Numbered from the stretch's first letter, positions 11,620 to 21,525 are shown. The stretch: DNA of 64,000 nucleotides from Acidobacteriota bacterium (GCA_027451805.1 DAIDIF010000023.1:268-64267); one strand, 5' to 3'. Numbers and translations are program-made. Notes: generated from the letters alone by a model not told the origin.

Positions 11620-12312
11620 CTACTTGCCGGTGGCGGTGTAATGGTTCAGGCTGGCCAGCAGGGCGCGACTGGCGGCCGGCGGCGCCACGCGGCCATCGAG
11701 GATTTCAAGCCAGGGACGATTCCCGTACATGGCCCGATTGCCGCTGTCATCGGGTTGGACGATATCGCCGTTGAGGCTGACGCCGGCAAAGGCGCCGCGA
11801 CTGCGCGAGTAGGTCAGAATCTCCGCGTGCATGGAGGCGTCGGTGGAAGCCGTAGCCTGGCGGCCGACCGGTCCCGCCGCCGCGCCGGCGTCGGCGCCGA
11901 GCTTCACTTTGTTTGACAAAAGCTTGTTCAGGCCGACGCGAGTGCGGAACACCATGATCACGTCGGTGGATTGACCGCCCAACTGCAGCCCCCAACTGCC
12001 GCCTCCGACCTGAATATAGATCGGAGCGCTCCAGAAGCTGCCGTGACGGCAACTCACGATGCCCTTCCCGTAGGTGCCGCCGAAGATGAAGGCAAGCGCC
12101 TTCTCGCTGGGCACGATAGCGACGCACTGCGCCCCTTCCAGAATCTCGCGCGGAATGCCCTTGTCGGGAGTACGCATGACTTCGACGAACACCTGGTTGG
12201 CGCGCACCACGCGGGAGACGTCATCGGAATGGGGAGAAGCAAAGGCCGGTGCCAGCATACCCAGCAACATGGCGGAGGCCAACCTGCGGTAAGTCATGAT
12301 CCATCCTTTCAC
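11620..12312 (-). CDS. SYLF (Ysc84/DUF500) lipid-binding domain protein, secreted
   Basis: Signal peptide (..LASAMLLGMLAPAFASP) and a SYLF-like core (..GAQCVAIVPSEKALAFIFGGTYGKGIVSCR..WSAPIYIQVGGGSWGLQLGGQSTDVIMVF..). The start may instead be the ATG at 12297. Confidence 0.7.
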   Translation of the reverse strand: MKGWIMTYRRLASAMLLGMLAPAFASPHSDDVSRVVRANQVFVEVMRTPDKGIPREILEGAQCVAIVPSEKALAFIFGGTYGKGIVSCRHGSFWSAPIYIQVGGGSWGLQLGGQSTDVIMVFRTRVGLNKLLSNKVKLGADAGAAAGPVGRQATASTDASMHAEILTYSRSRGAFAGVSLNGDIVQPDDSGNRAMYGNRPWLEILDGRVAPPAASRALLASLNHYTATGK

Positions 12313-12427
12313 TGCCTCATCCAGGATCAGCGACTATGGCAAGAAAGGACTGTGCAAATGCAGACACCGCGGCGCGGGGGGCGCGAAGCCCGGCGCCCCG
12401 CGCCCCTCGCAAGCCACGCCGCGCGCG

Positions 12428-13258
12428 TTACGCGGCCCGGTCGGCCGGCCGCAGCAGACGGCGCTGCAATCCGCCGCCGCCGCCGATGGCGCCGCCCAGC
12501 AGCGCGCACCCGAGCCCGATGAGCGCGATCCAGAACAAGCCCCACGCCGCGCGGGCGCCGCCGGTCCTGACGGCCTCGCCGGCGGTGGAAGCGGCGCCGA
12601 GCGCAGGCGCGGGCGGCACCTGGTTGAGCAGCGCCTGCGCGCGTGTGGTGGTGATGTTGGCGTCAGCCGCCAGGGTGGCGGCCGCGCCGGCGCGGTCGCC
12701 GCCCATCCACTGACTGGAGAGGGTCGCGGCCTGCGCGCTGGTGAGGCTGATCCCGTTGGCCTGCAGCGTGCTTTGCACCGCGGCGGCGTGACTGCCGGCG
12801 ACGGTGCTGAGCGCCGAGCCGGCCAAACCGCCGGCGGTGCTCAGCGCCACGCCCGCCGCGCCGCCCGCCACCCACAGCATCGTCGCCAGGATCATGCCCC
12901 AGAGCACCATGCCCCGCATCATGCCGTCTTGCCGCGAGGTGCGCGGGGTGCGGCCGGCAACCCAGGCGCCGAGGAAGGTGGCGGCGAGCAGCATGACCAC
13001 GCCCCACACCATGGTTCCGGAGCCCACCCCGGCCCACGAACTAGCAACGGCGGGATTCAGCGTGGAAAAGCCAATGCCGAGAACGAACGACACCAGCAAT
13101 ACGGCGAAACCCACAAAGGCGAGATATCCAGTCCAAATTCCATTCCACTCCATGTGGCGCGGCGCTTCGCCGGTGGCGACCGCCATCTGCGACGCCGCGT
13201 CGCGATCGGTCTGCCGGCGGACGTAGAGCCGGCGTTCGATGCTGCGAACCGTACTCAT
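12428..13258 (-). CDS. Hypothetical Gly/Ala-rich multi-pass membrane protein
   Basis: Trimmed to the internal ATG (13256-13258), giving MSTVRSIERR... Several hydrophobic helices. I do not recognise a family. Confidence 0.5.
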   Translation of the reverse strand: MSTVRSIERRLYVRRQTDRDAASQMAVATGEAPRHMEWNGIWTGYLAFVGFAVLLVSFVLGIGFSTLNPAVASSWAGVGSGTMVWGVVMLLAATFLGAWVAGRTPRTSRQDGMMRGMVLWGMILATMLWVAGGAAGVALSTAGGLAGSALSTVAGSHAAAVQSTLQANGISLTSAQAATLSSQWMGGDRAGAAATLAADANITTTRAQALLNQVPPAPALGAASTAGEAVRTGGARAAWGLFWIALIGLGCALLGGAIGGGGGLQRRLLRPADRAA

Positions 13259-13341
13259 TGCATGCCTCCTCCGCAACCTTGCTCTACACCGGTGCGATGC
13301 TTTCGGGGCGAGGAGGGTGTGTTGCCGCCGGGAAAGAATCT

Positions 13342-14244
13342 TCACTTTGGAAGCTGGGGTTCCGGCTCCGCCGCGGGGAGAAATCGGTACTGATTGCCGT
13401 CTTTTTCCACGTGACCCCAGGGGCACTCGGGATCGTGGGTGAACACCAGCAGCCAGCGCTCGCGCACCGCCTGATCCAGGACACGGTGTTTGTTGTCAAT
13501 CGTGTCCAGCGGGAACAGGTCGAACCCCATGACCCAGGTGGGCTTGAGGTGCCAGTGGGTGGGCATCAGGTCGGAGACATAGCATGCGGTCTCGCCGCCG
13601 GAGCGGAGGACGACCCCCTGCAAGCCGCGGGTATGGCCGGGCAGCGGCACCAGCTCGAGGCCGGGCAGCAGTTCGCGCCGGCCCTCGACCAGCTCCATGC
13701 GGCCGGCGGCGACCAGGGGTTCGTAGTTGTCGGCGAGATAGCTGACGCGGTCGCGCTCGTGCTGTTGGCGGGCGTGTTCCCACTCCTGGCGCTGCACGAA
13801 ATAGCGGGCGTTGGGAAAGGCGGGGGCGAGGGCGCCGCCGGGGAGGCGGATGGTGTTCCAGCCGCAATGATCGTAGTGCAGATGGGTATTGATGACCAGG
13901 TTCACCGACTCGGGGGGGAAGCCGGCGGCGCGCAAGCGCTCGAGATAGTCGCGGCGCGGGTCCACGCCCCAAATCGCCATTTGCTTTTCGCTGAGCTTGT
14001 TGCCGCAGCCGGTTTCGATCAGCACCAGCGCGCCCTGATGGCGGACGAGCAGCGAGTTGAGGCCGGTGCGGACGCGATTCTGTTCATCCGCCGCCGCCAC
14101 GCGGCTCCACATCGGCTTGGGGACGGCGCCGAAGAAGGCGCCGCCGTCGAGGAAATAGGTGCGATCCGTGATCACTGTCAGCTCGCTGTCGCCGAGGCGA
14201 CGGCGGAAGGGGCCGGTCCATTCCGAGGGCGAAGGTTGGGTCAT
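13342..14244 (-). CDS. MBL-fold metallo-hydrolase
   Basis: Trimmed to MTQPSPSEW (ATG 14242-14244, overlapping the DedA stop as ATGA). Contains the metallo-beta-lactamase motif NTHLHYDHCGWN and a downstream GHTRG. Confidence 0.8.
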   Translation of the reverse strand: MTQPSPSEWTGPFRRRLGDSELTVITDRTYFLDGGAFFGAVPKPMWSRVAAADEQNRVRTGLNSLLVRHQGALVLIETGCGNKLSEKQMAIWGVDPRRDYLERLRAAGFPPESVNLVINTHLHYDHCGWNTIRLPGGALAPAFPNARYFVQRQEWEHARQQHERDRVSYLADNYEPLVAAGRMELVEGRRELLPGLELVPLPGHTRGLQGVVLRSGGETACYVSDLMPTHWHLKPTWVMGFDLFPLDTIDNKHRVLDQAVRERWLLVFTHDPECPWGHVEKDGNQYRFLPAAEPEPQLPK

Positions 14245-14834
14245 GCGGCATCTCCGCGCCGTACACGGCGCCACAGCCACCAGAATACGAGCACGGCGGC
14301 GAGCACGAGCAAAACATCCAGCCGGCCGGCGAGGCGCAGCAGCCGCCGCCAGTGGTTGCCGAGCAGCCAGCCGGCGGCGCCGGCGGCGCCGGCCCAAGCC
14401 AGGGCGCCGAGCGCGTTGTAGATCATAAACGGGCGCCAGGGCATGTGCGCCAGGCCGGCGATGACGCCGGCGAGCATGCGCAGCCCGGCGATGAAGCGGG
14501 AGACGAAGAGGGCGGGCGGACCGTGGCGGGCGACGAAGGCGGTGACATGGGCCTGGCGGGCGGGCGAAAACGGCAGCGTACGCCGCACCCAGGGGCGGGC
14601 GTAGCGGCCGAGGGCGAAGCCGGCGGCCTGGCCGAGCATCGAGGCCAGGCTGCCCACCAGGATCAGGGCGAGGAGGCCGATGTCGCCGCGGGTGCGCGCC
14701 TGGAATCCGCCATAGAAGAGCGCCAGCTCGCCGGGCACGGGGAGGCCGAAGTTCTCCAGCAAGAGCACGCCGAAGACGGCCCAGAGGCCGTAGCGCGCGA
14801 ACCAGAGCTGGAAATCCGCAAACAGGGCGTGCAT
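14241..14834 (-). CDS. DedA family membrane protein
   Basis: Trimmed to MHALFADFQ (ATG 14832-14834). Contains ENFGLPVPGE and FVSRFIAGLR motifs typical of DedA/SNARE-associated proteins. Confidence 0.8.
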   Translation of the reverse strand: MHALFADFQLWFARYGLWAVFGVLLLENFGLPVPGELALFYGGFQARTRGDIGLLALILVGSLASMLGQAAGFALGRYARPWVRRTLPFSPARQAHVTAFVARHGPPALFVSRFIAGLRMLAGVIAGLAHMPWRPFMIYNALGALAWAGAAGAAGWLLGNHWRRLLRLAGRLDVLLVLAAVLVFWWLWRRVRRGDAA

Positions 14835-14835
14835 G

Positions 14836-15657
14836 TCAGGCCAGGAAGCCGCGCGTGGCGGCGACGAAGGCGTCCGGATCCTCGGCGAAGGCGAGGTGGC
14901 CAAGGCCGGGCAGGACGCTCAGGCGGCAATCGGGCAAGGCGGCGCACAGGGCGGCGGCGGTGGCCACCGGCACGACCGGATCGCGATCGCCCCACAGCAA
15001 CCCTACCGGGGTGCGGCAGGCCGGGAGCTGGGAGCGAAGCGCCGCCTGTTGGCGGGCCCAGTGGCGGCAGTAGGCGGCGACGGAGGCGCCCAGGCCGCGG
15101 CGGCGGAGGGTAGCGGTGTAGGCCGGGACGAGCGCGGGATCGAGGCGGGCAGGATCGCCATAGATGGCGGCGAGCAGCTCGCGATGGAGGCGCACCGGCA
15201 GGCGGGCGCCCGCCCAGGCGCCGGCGCGGGCGCCGGGGGCGCTCATCAGGCAGCGCTGGCGGCGGCTGGGCGTCCAGAAGGGATGAGCGGGCGCGGCCAA
15301 CACCAGGCGGCGCAGGCGGCTCGCGCCTGTGGACGTCGCCGCGAAAGCGAGGGCGAGGGCGCCGCCCCAGGAGGAAGCGGCCAGGGAGAAGCGCTCGAGT
15401 CCGAGCGCGGCGACGGCGGTTGCGAGCCACTGGCGCAGGCCGGAAAGCGTGAGGTCGGGATATCCGTCGGAGGCGCCGATGCCGGGAAGCTCGAGACTCC
15501 AGCAGGTGAACGCCGACGCCCAGCGGGCGGCGGCGGCCGACCACTGCGCCGCGTTGCCGAGCAGGCCGTGCAGGAGCACCAGATCGGGGCCGCGGCCGGT
15601 GCGGATAAACTGCAGCCGGCCGGTGGGCAGCGCGACAGCCTCCAGCGGACGCGGCAT
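14836..15657 (-). CDS. Alpha/beta-fold hydrolase
   Basis: Trimmed to MPRPLEAV (ATG 15655-15657). Contains LVLLHGLLGN, a nucleophile-elbow-like SSWGG and a C-terminal GLGHLAFAEDPD. Confidence 0.7.
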   Translation of the reverse strand: MPRPLEAVALPTGRLQFIRTGRGPDLVLLHGLLGNAAQWSAAAARWASAFTCWSLELPGIGASDGYPDLTLSGLRQWLATAVAALGLERFSLAASSWGGALALAFAATSTGASRLRRLVLAAPAHPFWTPSRRQRCLMSAPGARAGAWAGARLPVRLHRELLAAIYGDPARLDPALVPAYTATLRRRGLGASVAAYCRHWARQQAALRSQLPACRTPVGLLWGDRDPVVPVATAAALCAALPDCRLSVLPGLGHLAFAEDPDAFVAATRGFLA

Positions 15658-15662
15658 GCGCG

Positions 15663-16364
15663 CTAGCCGATCTTCTCCGGCAGGTTCATGTCGAACTGGG
15701 TCTCCGGCTGGATCAGGGCGGCCCAAGGCTGGGCGACCTCGGCGGGCGTGAGGATGCCGGCGGAGGTCCATTGATCGGCGGTGGCGGACAGCACGCGCGC
15801 CGGCATGGGATCCATGGCGGAGTGGGAGACACGAATCACCGAGAGGCCGCTTTTGGGATGCGCACCGGCGGCGAAGCCGTTGAGGCGATGGGTGAGAAAG
15901 TGCACCGCCTCCGCGGCGGAGGCGAAGCCGGGGTAGCTGTCGCGCGGCTCCGCGGTGGCCTCGAGATGAAGCCGGTGGTCGCCCGATTGCGCCTCCACCT
16001 GGTAGCGGGCGTAGGGGCGCTCGGCGTTGTCAATCGCGAGTTCCACGGTGGCGTGCTCGGTGGGTATCGCCAGGCTCAGCACGGCGGCGTCGGCGCGCGC
16101 CGAGACCCAGGAGCGGATGAAGAGGACGCCGGGTTCGGAGGCGTGGCGGACGTAGACGCGATAGTTGACCTGGCGGAAGCCGCTGAGGATGTAGGGGAAC
16201 GCGGCCCCGCTCTCGAGCGTGACCGTGGCCAGAAAGGCGCGCGGACCGGCTGGGGTATCGCGCAGATCGAGGTCAATGCCGGCCGGCAGCAACGCCGCCA
16301 GCCGCTCGGGCGGCACGGTGTGGATGACGTAGAGCAGGTTGCGGAGCTTGAGACCGATCGCCAT
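15663..16364 (-). CDS. Hypothetical protein, DUF2071-like
   Basis: 233-aa ORF with ordinary amino-acid composition, 5 nt upstream of the hydrolase gene. The DUF2071 assignment is from memory of family features and is weak. Confidence 0.45.
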   Translation of the reverse strand: MAIGLKLRNLLYVIHTVPPERLAALLPAGIDLDLRDTPAGPRAFLATVTLESGAAFPYILSGFRQVNYRVYVRHASEPGVLFIRSWVSARADAAVLSLAIPTEHATVELAIDNAERPYARYQVEAQSGDHRLHLEATAEPRDSYPGFASAAEAVHFLTHRLNGFAAGAHPKSGLSVIRVSHSAMDPMPARVLSATADQWTSAGILTPAEVAQPWAALIQPETQFDMNLPEKIG

Positions 16365-16390
16365 AGGGATGTTTCCAGCTTAGCGGGAAA

Positions 16391-17536
16391 TCACGGCGCG
16401 GCGTCGAGAGCGAGCTGCGGGCTGGCCGCCAGGGCGGCACCGGCGCGTTCGCCGCGGCAGAAGCGGGGGTAGGCGGCGGCGGCGATCATGGCGGCGTTGT
16501 CGGTGCACAGCGCCAAGGCGGGGGCGAATAGGCCCAGGCCGCGGCGGTCGGCCTCGGCCTGCAGGCGGCGGCGCAGTGCGCGGTTGGCGGCCACGCCGCC
16601 GGTGAGGAACAGGCTGGCGGGCGGATCGCCGGCGGCGGTCAACTGTTCGACGGCGGCGAAAGTGCGTTGCGCCAGGTCGGCGACCACGGCAGCCTGGAAG
16701 GAAGCGATCAGGTCCAGGGTGGCCGGCTCGCACAGCAAGCCCCATTCGTGCAGCGAAGGGGCGCGGCCGAGCTCGGCCACGGCGCGGCGGCGGGTGGCGA
16801 TGCCGGACTCCAGGCCGGCGGCCTGGACGTGGCGCAGCACCGCCGTCTTGAGGCCGCTGAAGGAAAAATCCAGGGGATTGCCCTTGAGGTGAATGCGGCC
16901 GAAGCGCACCGCCTCGGGGTTGCCGTGGATCGAGAGCTGATCCAGCAGCGGGCCGCCGGGATAGCCCAGGCCCAACAGCTTGGCGACCTTGTCGTAGGCC
17001 TCGCCAGCGGCGTCGTCGCGCGTATGGCCGAGCAGGCGGTAGCGGAAATCGTGCTCGCCGTGGCGTTCGAGCCGCATCAGTTGGGTGTGGCCGCCGGAAA
17101 CGACCAACGCCACGGCGGGAAATGACGGATCCGGGCGCCCCTGGCTGCGCTCCTCGAGCAGCACCGCGTGGAGATGGCCCTCGAGATGGTTCACGCCCAG
17201 CAGCGGTATGCCCGCCGCTCCGGCCAGCGCCTTGGCGTAGGCGATGCCGACCAGCAGGGCGCCGGCCAGGCCCGGGCCGCAGGTGACCGCGACCGCGTCC
17301 ATCTGCGCCAGCGGCCGGCCGGCGCGCTCCAGCGCCTGGCGCACGATGGGGACGACGCCGCGCAGATGCTCGCGGCTGGCCAGCTCGGGAACCACACCGC
17401 CATACAGCTGGTGCACCGGCACCTGCGAGAGGACGACATTGGACAGGATGCGGCGGCCGGCTTCCACCACGGCGGCGGCGGTCTCGTCGCACGAGGTTTC
17501 GAGGCCGAGGATCAGCGCACCTGCCATGGCATTCAT
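16391..17536 (-). CDS. tsaD: tRNA N6-adenosine threonylcarbamoyltransferase TsaD
   Basis: N-terminus LILGLETSCDETAAAVV..GGVVPELASREHL and GVNHLEGH motifs. The start could be the second ATG at 17527. Confidence 0.9.
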   Translation of the reverse strand: MNAMAGALILGLETSCDETAAAVVEAGRRILSNVVLSQVPVHQLYGGVVPELASREHLRGVVPIVRQALERAGRPLAQMDAVAVTCGPGLAGALLVGIAYAKALAGAAGIPLLGVNHLEGHLHAVLLEERSQGRPDPSFPAVALVVSGGHTQLMRLERHGEHDFRYRLLGHTRDDAAGEAYDKVAKLLGLGYPGGPLLDQLSIHGNPEAVRFGRIHLKGNPLDFSFSGLKTAVLRHVQAAGLESGIATRRRAVAELGRAPSLHEWGLLCEPATLDLIASFQAAVVADLAQRTFAAVEQLTAAGDPPASLFLTGGVAANRALRRRLQAEADRRGLGLFAPALALCTDNAAMIAAAAYPRFCRGERAGAALAASPQLALDAAP

Positions 17537-17599
17537 TGTAAGGCCCGGAGCCGGGGCGCACGGCTGCGGCGGAGGCGGAGTTCCGGCTAAGATTCAAGG

Positions 17600-18469
17600 A
17601 TGGGGACCTGGTTCAGGCGGCTGCGGCAGACGCTGGAGATGATCAAGTTCGAGCACTCGGTGTTCGCGCTGCCGTTCGCGCTGCTGGGGGCGCTGTTGGC
17701 GGCCGATGGCTGGCCGCGCTGGGCAACGCTGGGGTGGATCGTGGTGGCGATGGTGGGTGCGCGCAGCGCGGCCATGACCTTCAACCGCATCGCCGACCGC
17801 AAGCTGGACGCGCTCAACCCGCGCACGCGCGGGCGGGCGCTGGCGGCGGGCACGCTGCCGCTGGGGTTTGCCTGGGGCTTTCTGGCGGCGAGTGCGGCGG
17901 GGTTCGAGCTGGCGGCCTGGCGGCTGAACCCGCTGTGCCTCGAGTTGTCGCCGCTGGCGCTGGGATGGGTGCTGCTGTATTCCTACACCAAGCGCTTCAC
18001 CTGGCTGTCGCACTGGGTGCTGGGGGCGGGGCTGGGGATCGCGCCGGCGGCCGCCTGGATCGCGGTGCGGGGAACGCTGGCGCCGCGCATTCTGCTGCTG
18101 AGCGGAGCGGTGACGCTGTGGGTGGCGGGCTTCGACCTGCTCTACGCCTGCCAGGACATTGCGTTCGACCGCAGCCGGCCGGAACTGCACTCGCTGCCCA
18201 AGCGCATCGGCGTCGCGCCGACGCTGCGGCTGGCGCAGCTCTGCCACGCACTCATGCTGGGGCTGCTGGCGAGCCTGCTGCTGGCCAGCGGGCTGGGCGC
18301 GCTGGCGTGGATCGGGCTGGCGGCGGTGGCGGGGCTGCTGGTCTATGAGCACGCGCTGCTGTCCCCGACCGACCTGTCGCGCATGAACGCGGCGTTCTTC
18401 ACGGTGAACGGCTACATCGGGGTGGTGCTGCTGGTGTTCTGGGGCGCGGCAATTCTGGTGAGCAACTGA
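17600..18469 (+). CDS. UbiA-family aromatic prenyltransferase (4-hydroxybenzoate polyprenyltransferase-like)
   Basis: Multi-TM protein with FEHSVFALPFAL and the Asp-rich NRIADRKLDALNPRT motif characteristic of UbiA enzymes. Confidence 0.8.
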   Translation: MGTWFRRLRQTLEMIKFEHSVFALPFALLGALLAADGWPRWATLGWIVVAMVGARSAAMTFNRIADRKLDALNPRTRGRALAAGTLPLGFAWGFLAASAAGFELAAWRLNPLCLELSPLALGWVLLYSYTKRFTWLSHWVLGAGLGIAPAAAWIAVRGTLAPRILLLSGAVTLWVAGFDLLYACQDIAFDRSRPELHSLPKRIGVAPTLRLAQLCHALMLGLLASLLLASGLGALAWIGLAAVAGLLVYEHALLSPTDLSRMNAAFFTVNGYIGVVLLVFWGAAILVSN

Positions 18470-18900
18470 TGCGGGCGGCGCTGCTGTTGACGCTGGCGCT
18501 GGGCTGGGGCGCGGCGGCGCAATTCGCGCCGCTCCCGGGACAAAGGCCGGGACTGAGCTACACCCGTGAAACCCCGCCCAACCGGGCGCGGCTGGCGGTG
18601 CCGCGGATTCAAGGCCGGGCGCTGGACCACATCGGCATGGCGGTGCCGGAGGTGGTGCTGGGCTTGTACTCCGATCCCGCGCCGCACCAGCTGCTGGCGC
18701 GCGCCATGACCGGGCCCAACGGGCACTTCGACTTCGGCAAGAAGATCCCGCCCGGCAATTACCGGCTGATCGCGATGTATCCGGGCACCTGCACCGCCAA
18801 CATTCCACTGCAGGTGAATCCGCGGGCGAAGCACAAGAAACTGCAGTTGCGGATGGAGTATCCCGGGTTGGGCGTGTGCAGCTACGCGCTGCTGCGCTAG
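18469..18900 (+). CDS. Secreted hypothetical protein with carboxypeptidase-regulatory-like beta-sandwich
   Basis: Signal peptide MRAALLLTLALGWGAAAQ and a ..TGPNGHFDFGKKIPPGNYRLIA.. motif. Its ATG overlaps the ubiA-like stop (TGATG). Confidence 0.55.
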   Translation: MRAALLLTLALGWGAAAQFAPLPGQRPGLSYTRETPPNRARLAVPRIQGRALDHIGMAVPEVVLGLYSDPAPHQLLARAMTGPNGHFDFGKKIPPGNYRLIAMYPGTCTANIPLQVNPRAKHKKLQLRMEYPGLGVCSYALLR

Positions 18901-18948
18901 CTCCGCAGGGGCGCGCTTGGGCGCCCGCACTCGAAGTTGCACCGCGCC

Positions 18949-19773
18949 TCAATACCGCGCGTACTTGGGATTGAGCGCCGGATGCGGATGGGCATGGACG
19001 TAGGCCGCGAGATCGTAGGCTTGCTGTGGGCTGAGGCTGCCGGCGCCACCCAGCGGCATGAAGCGATGCACAAAGGCCGCCATGGTGCGCACTTGATTCA
19101 TCCCGGCGCCCTGGTTATAGGCCTGCGCGCCCCACAGGGGCGGAATGGAGGGCGGATCCCCGGCGCCGCCGCTGCCGTGGCAGGCGGCGCAGCGCAGCCG
19201 GTACAGCGCCGAACCGGCGAGCGCGCTGGGCCGCCGGGCGGGTGGCGGCAAGGGCGGGAACCCGCGCCCGATCACGCGATCCCCCGCCGGCACCCCGCGC
19301 GAGAGCCAGGCCACGTACGCCAATAGCGCCGTCATGCGCCGCCCCAAGGGCGGCAGCGGCGTGCCGTTTTCGCTGCGCACGAAGCACTCGTCAATGCGCT
19401 CCGCGAGCGGGATGACCCGGCCGGCGCGCCGGTTCCAGGCGGGAAACTCGCCGCTCAGTCCGGCGAAGGGCGCCGCATCCTGCTGCTGACCGTCGCGCAA
19501 ATGACAGTCGGCACAGCTCAAGGCGTTGCCGACGTAGGCGCCGGCGAGCTGCGGCGTCGCGTGGACCAACTCCTGGCCCAACCGGATGCTGGCCCCCAGC
19601 CGTCCGTCCGGCAGCGGGGCGACGGCCGGGGCCGGCACCGTGGCCGCCACGAACCCCCGCGCGTGCGCCCGGGACGCCACCAGATAGTTGCCCAGAGCGA
19701 GAAGCGCCAGCAGGCAGGTGGTGATCGCCGGCAACCATTCCGACTGGAAGCGGCGCCGCGGTCCGGCAGTCAC
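18949..19773 (-). CDS. Dihaem c-type cytochrome, TsdA/SoxA-like (putative His/Cys-ligated first haem)
   Basis: Two CxxCH motifs (CADCH, CAACH). A conserved-looking Cys lies 39 residues after the first haem His, in ERIDECFVRSENG (compare TsdA ..RINGCFERSMNG.., from memory). An ..RFMP.. Met follows haem 2. I chose the GTG start at 19771-19773 because it overlaps the upstream stop as GTGA. The track ATG at 19860 would overlap the upstream gene by 91 nt. Confidence 0.65.
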   Translation of the reverse strand: MTAGPRRRFQSEWLPAITTCLLALLALGNYLVASRAHARGFVAATVPAPAVAPLPDGRLGASIRLGQELVHATPQLAGAYVGNALSCADCHLRDGQQQDAAPFAGLSGEFPAWNRRAGRVIPLAERIDECFVRSENGTPLPPLGRRMTALLAYVAWLSRGVPAGDRVIGRGFPPLPPPARRPSALAGSALYRLRCAACHGSGGAGDPPSIPPLWGAQAYNQGAGMNQVRTMAAFVHRFMPLGGAGSLSPQQAYDLAAYVHAHPHPALNPKYARY

Positions 19774-20747
19774 GGTGCAACCGCCTTCGCGACCGGAGGT
19801 CCGAACCCAAACGCCGTATAGATCCGCCGGGCGGCAGGGGACGCCAGGAAGTTGAGCCATGCCGCCGCCGCGCGCGGGTGCGGCGCGTGCGCCATCAGGC
19901 CCGCCACATAGATCGCCGTCACGTTTTGCCGCGGGGGGATGCGAATACCGGCGATGGGGTGGCCGAGGCGCTCCTGGAACCGCACCTCGGAAGCCCAGGT
20001 CACGCCGGCATCGCTCTCGCCCAGCAGGATGCGCAGCGGCGTTTGCCGATGGTGGATATGGGTCAGGGCGGTCGTGCCGGCCCGCAGCTTGGTCACCATC
20101 ACCTGCGTCACCAGGCTGGGCCCGCCGGCCCGGCGCAGCGCGGACGCAATTTGCCGCTCCACGCCTTCCCAGGCCGGATTCGGCATGGATACGCGCACGT
20201 CCGGCCGGCCGAGATCGCTCAGCCCCCGCAGGCGCAGCGGGTTGCCCTGCCGCACCATGATTTCCAAGTCATTACTGGCGTAGGCCACGATGCGGCGGAT
20301 CTGCCCCTGGCGGCGCAAGGCGTGCACCTTGCGCGCGCCCGCCTCGTAGACGTCCGGCGCGGCCTGAATCGTCAGGTTCCCGAGCGTAAGCGTGTTGTCC
20401 TGCTGCATCTGCCGCAGCAAGATGCCCGGCGGCAGCGTCTCGTAGAAGATGCGGCCACGCAGCCGGGGATGCAGCCGCACGAACGCACGGATGAGCCGGG
20501 GCATCACCATGAACTGGTTGCCGCCGACAAACAGGGTGAGCCCCGGATCGAGGGGATTGCCGTGCAGATCCGGCACATTGTCCACGGTCGCGACGCGGAA
20601 GACGTACCCTTGCCGGGCCGGGTCGTTGCCCCGGCTCCAGGGCGGAAACAGGCCCGCCCGCGGCCGCGGCCCCGCCGCCGCAACCGTCAACGCCAGCGCC
20701 AACCCTCCGCCCAACGCCTGCAGGCCCGCCCGTAGCGCCATGGTCAT
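19770..20747 (-). CDS. Periplasmic solute-binding protein (ModA/oxyanion-binding PBP2-like), no cognate permease or ATPase nearby
   Basis: Signal peptide and PBP-like segments (LTLFVGGNQFMVMPRLIRAF..IFYETLPPGILLRQM..VAYASNDLEIMVRQGNP). Overlaps both neighbours by 4 nt. Confidence 0.6.
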   Translation of the reverse strand: MTMALRAGLQALGGGLALALTVAAAGPRPRAGLFPPWSRGNDPARQGYVFRVATVDNVPDLHGNPLDPGLTLFVGGNQFMVMPRLIRAFVRLHPRLRGRIFYETLPPGILLRQMQQDNTLTLGNLTIQAAPDVYEAGARKVHALRRQGQIRRIVAYASNDLEIMVRQGNPLRLRGLSDLGRPDVRVSMPNPAWEGVERQIASALRRAGGPSLVTQVMVTKLRAGTTALTHIHHRQTPLRILLGESDAGVTWASEVRFQERLGHPIAGIRIPPRQNVTAIYVAGLMAHAPHPRAAAAWLNFLASPAARRIYTAFGFGPPVAKAVAP

Positions 20748-21436
20748 GCCACCGTGATGTAGCTGAAATGGCCGTCGGTCTGCAGCACCGCCACCGCCAT
20801 CACCATGGCCGCCACGACCAAGGTGCCGGGCAGCAAATGGCCGAGCAGCGCCTGCACCAGGTGCTCCGGCGTGCCCTGCAACCGGAACCGGGCGATCATC
20901 GCGCGCGACTGCTCCTCCAGCGCGGTATGGCAGGCCAGGAAATTCACGCCCCGGGCCTTCAGCCCGGTGATGCTCTTGTCTTGATAGATGGATCGCTCAC
21001 TATCCGGATTGCGGTCCCCGGCCGCCGCATCGCTGGCCAGGAACAGATTGCGCCGCGCCCAGGTGCCGGTCTTCGGATCCTTCAGGCCGATGAACTCCCC
21101 CAACGGATAGCCGGCCCAGGCCGCGTCGTCCAGGTTGAGCAGGTTCGAGGGCCCATGCAACGCCGCCACCACATGGAACTCGCGCGGCGCCAGGCCCAAG
21201 CCGAACTGAAACCCATTGAGCGAGTTCTTGATGTTGTTGAGGAAGATGCCGTTGTTGACGGCGATGATGTCGTAGACCTGGCGGTAGCGGGCCGGGCGCG
21301 CCAGCAAACGGCGGAAATCCCGCTCCCGCCAATCGGCGTGGGTATCCACCAGTTGCCCCGCGGCCAGCGTCCCCGCCGCCAGCGCTGCGGCGCCAGCCAG
21401 GCTACGAACGAGAAACTGCTTGCGATCCAGGTTCAT
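20744..21436 (-). CDS. Tat-signal periplasmic protein, possibly DsrE/DsrF-like fold
   Basis: N-terminus MNLDRKQFLVRSLAGAAALAAG is a Tat-like RK variant. The pattern YRQVYDI..HVVAALHGPS..GVNFLACHTAL resembles COG1416/DsrE-like proteins. The assignment is tentative. Confidence 0.4.
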   Translation of the reverse strand: MNLDRKQFLVRSLAGAAALAAGTLAAGQLVDTHADWRERDFRRLLARPARYRQVYDIIAVNNGIFLNNIKNSLNGFQFGLGLAPREFHVVAALHGPSNLLNLDDAAWAGYPLGEFIGLKDPKTGTWARRNLFLASDAAAGDRNPDSERSIYQDKSITGLKARGVNFLACHTALEEQSRAMIARFRLQGTPEHLVQALLGHLLPGTLVVAAMVMAVAVLQTDGHFSYITVA

Positions 21437-21525
21437 TCTCAGGCTCCTGTCCTACCTGAGAACCAGCCTAGGGAGCCGCCGCCGCGGCTGTCCAATCAGA
21501 ATCCACTATGGCGGATGAGCGCGCC

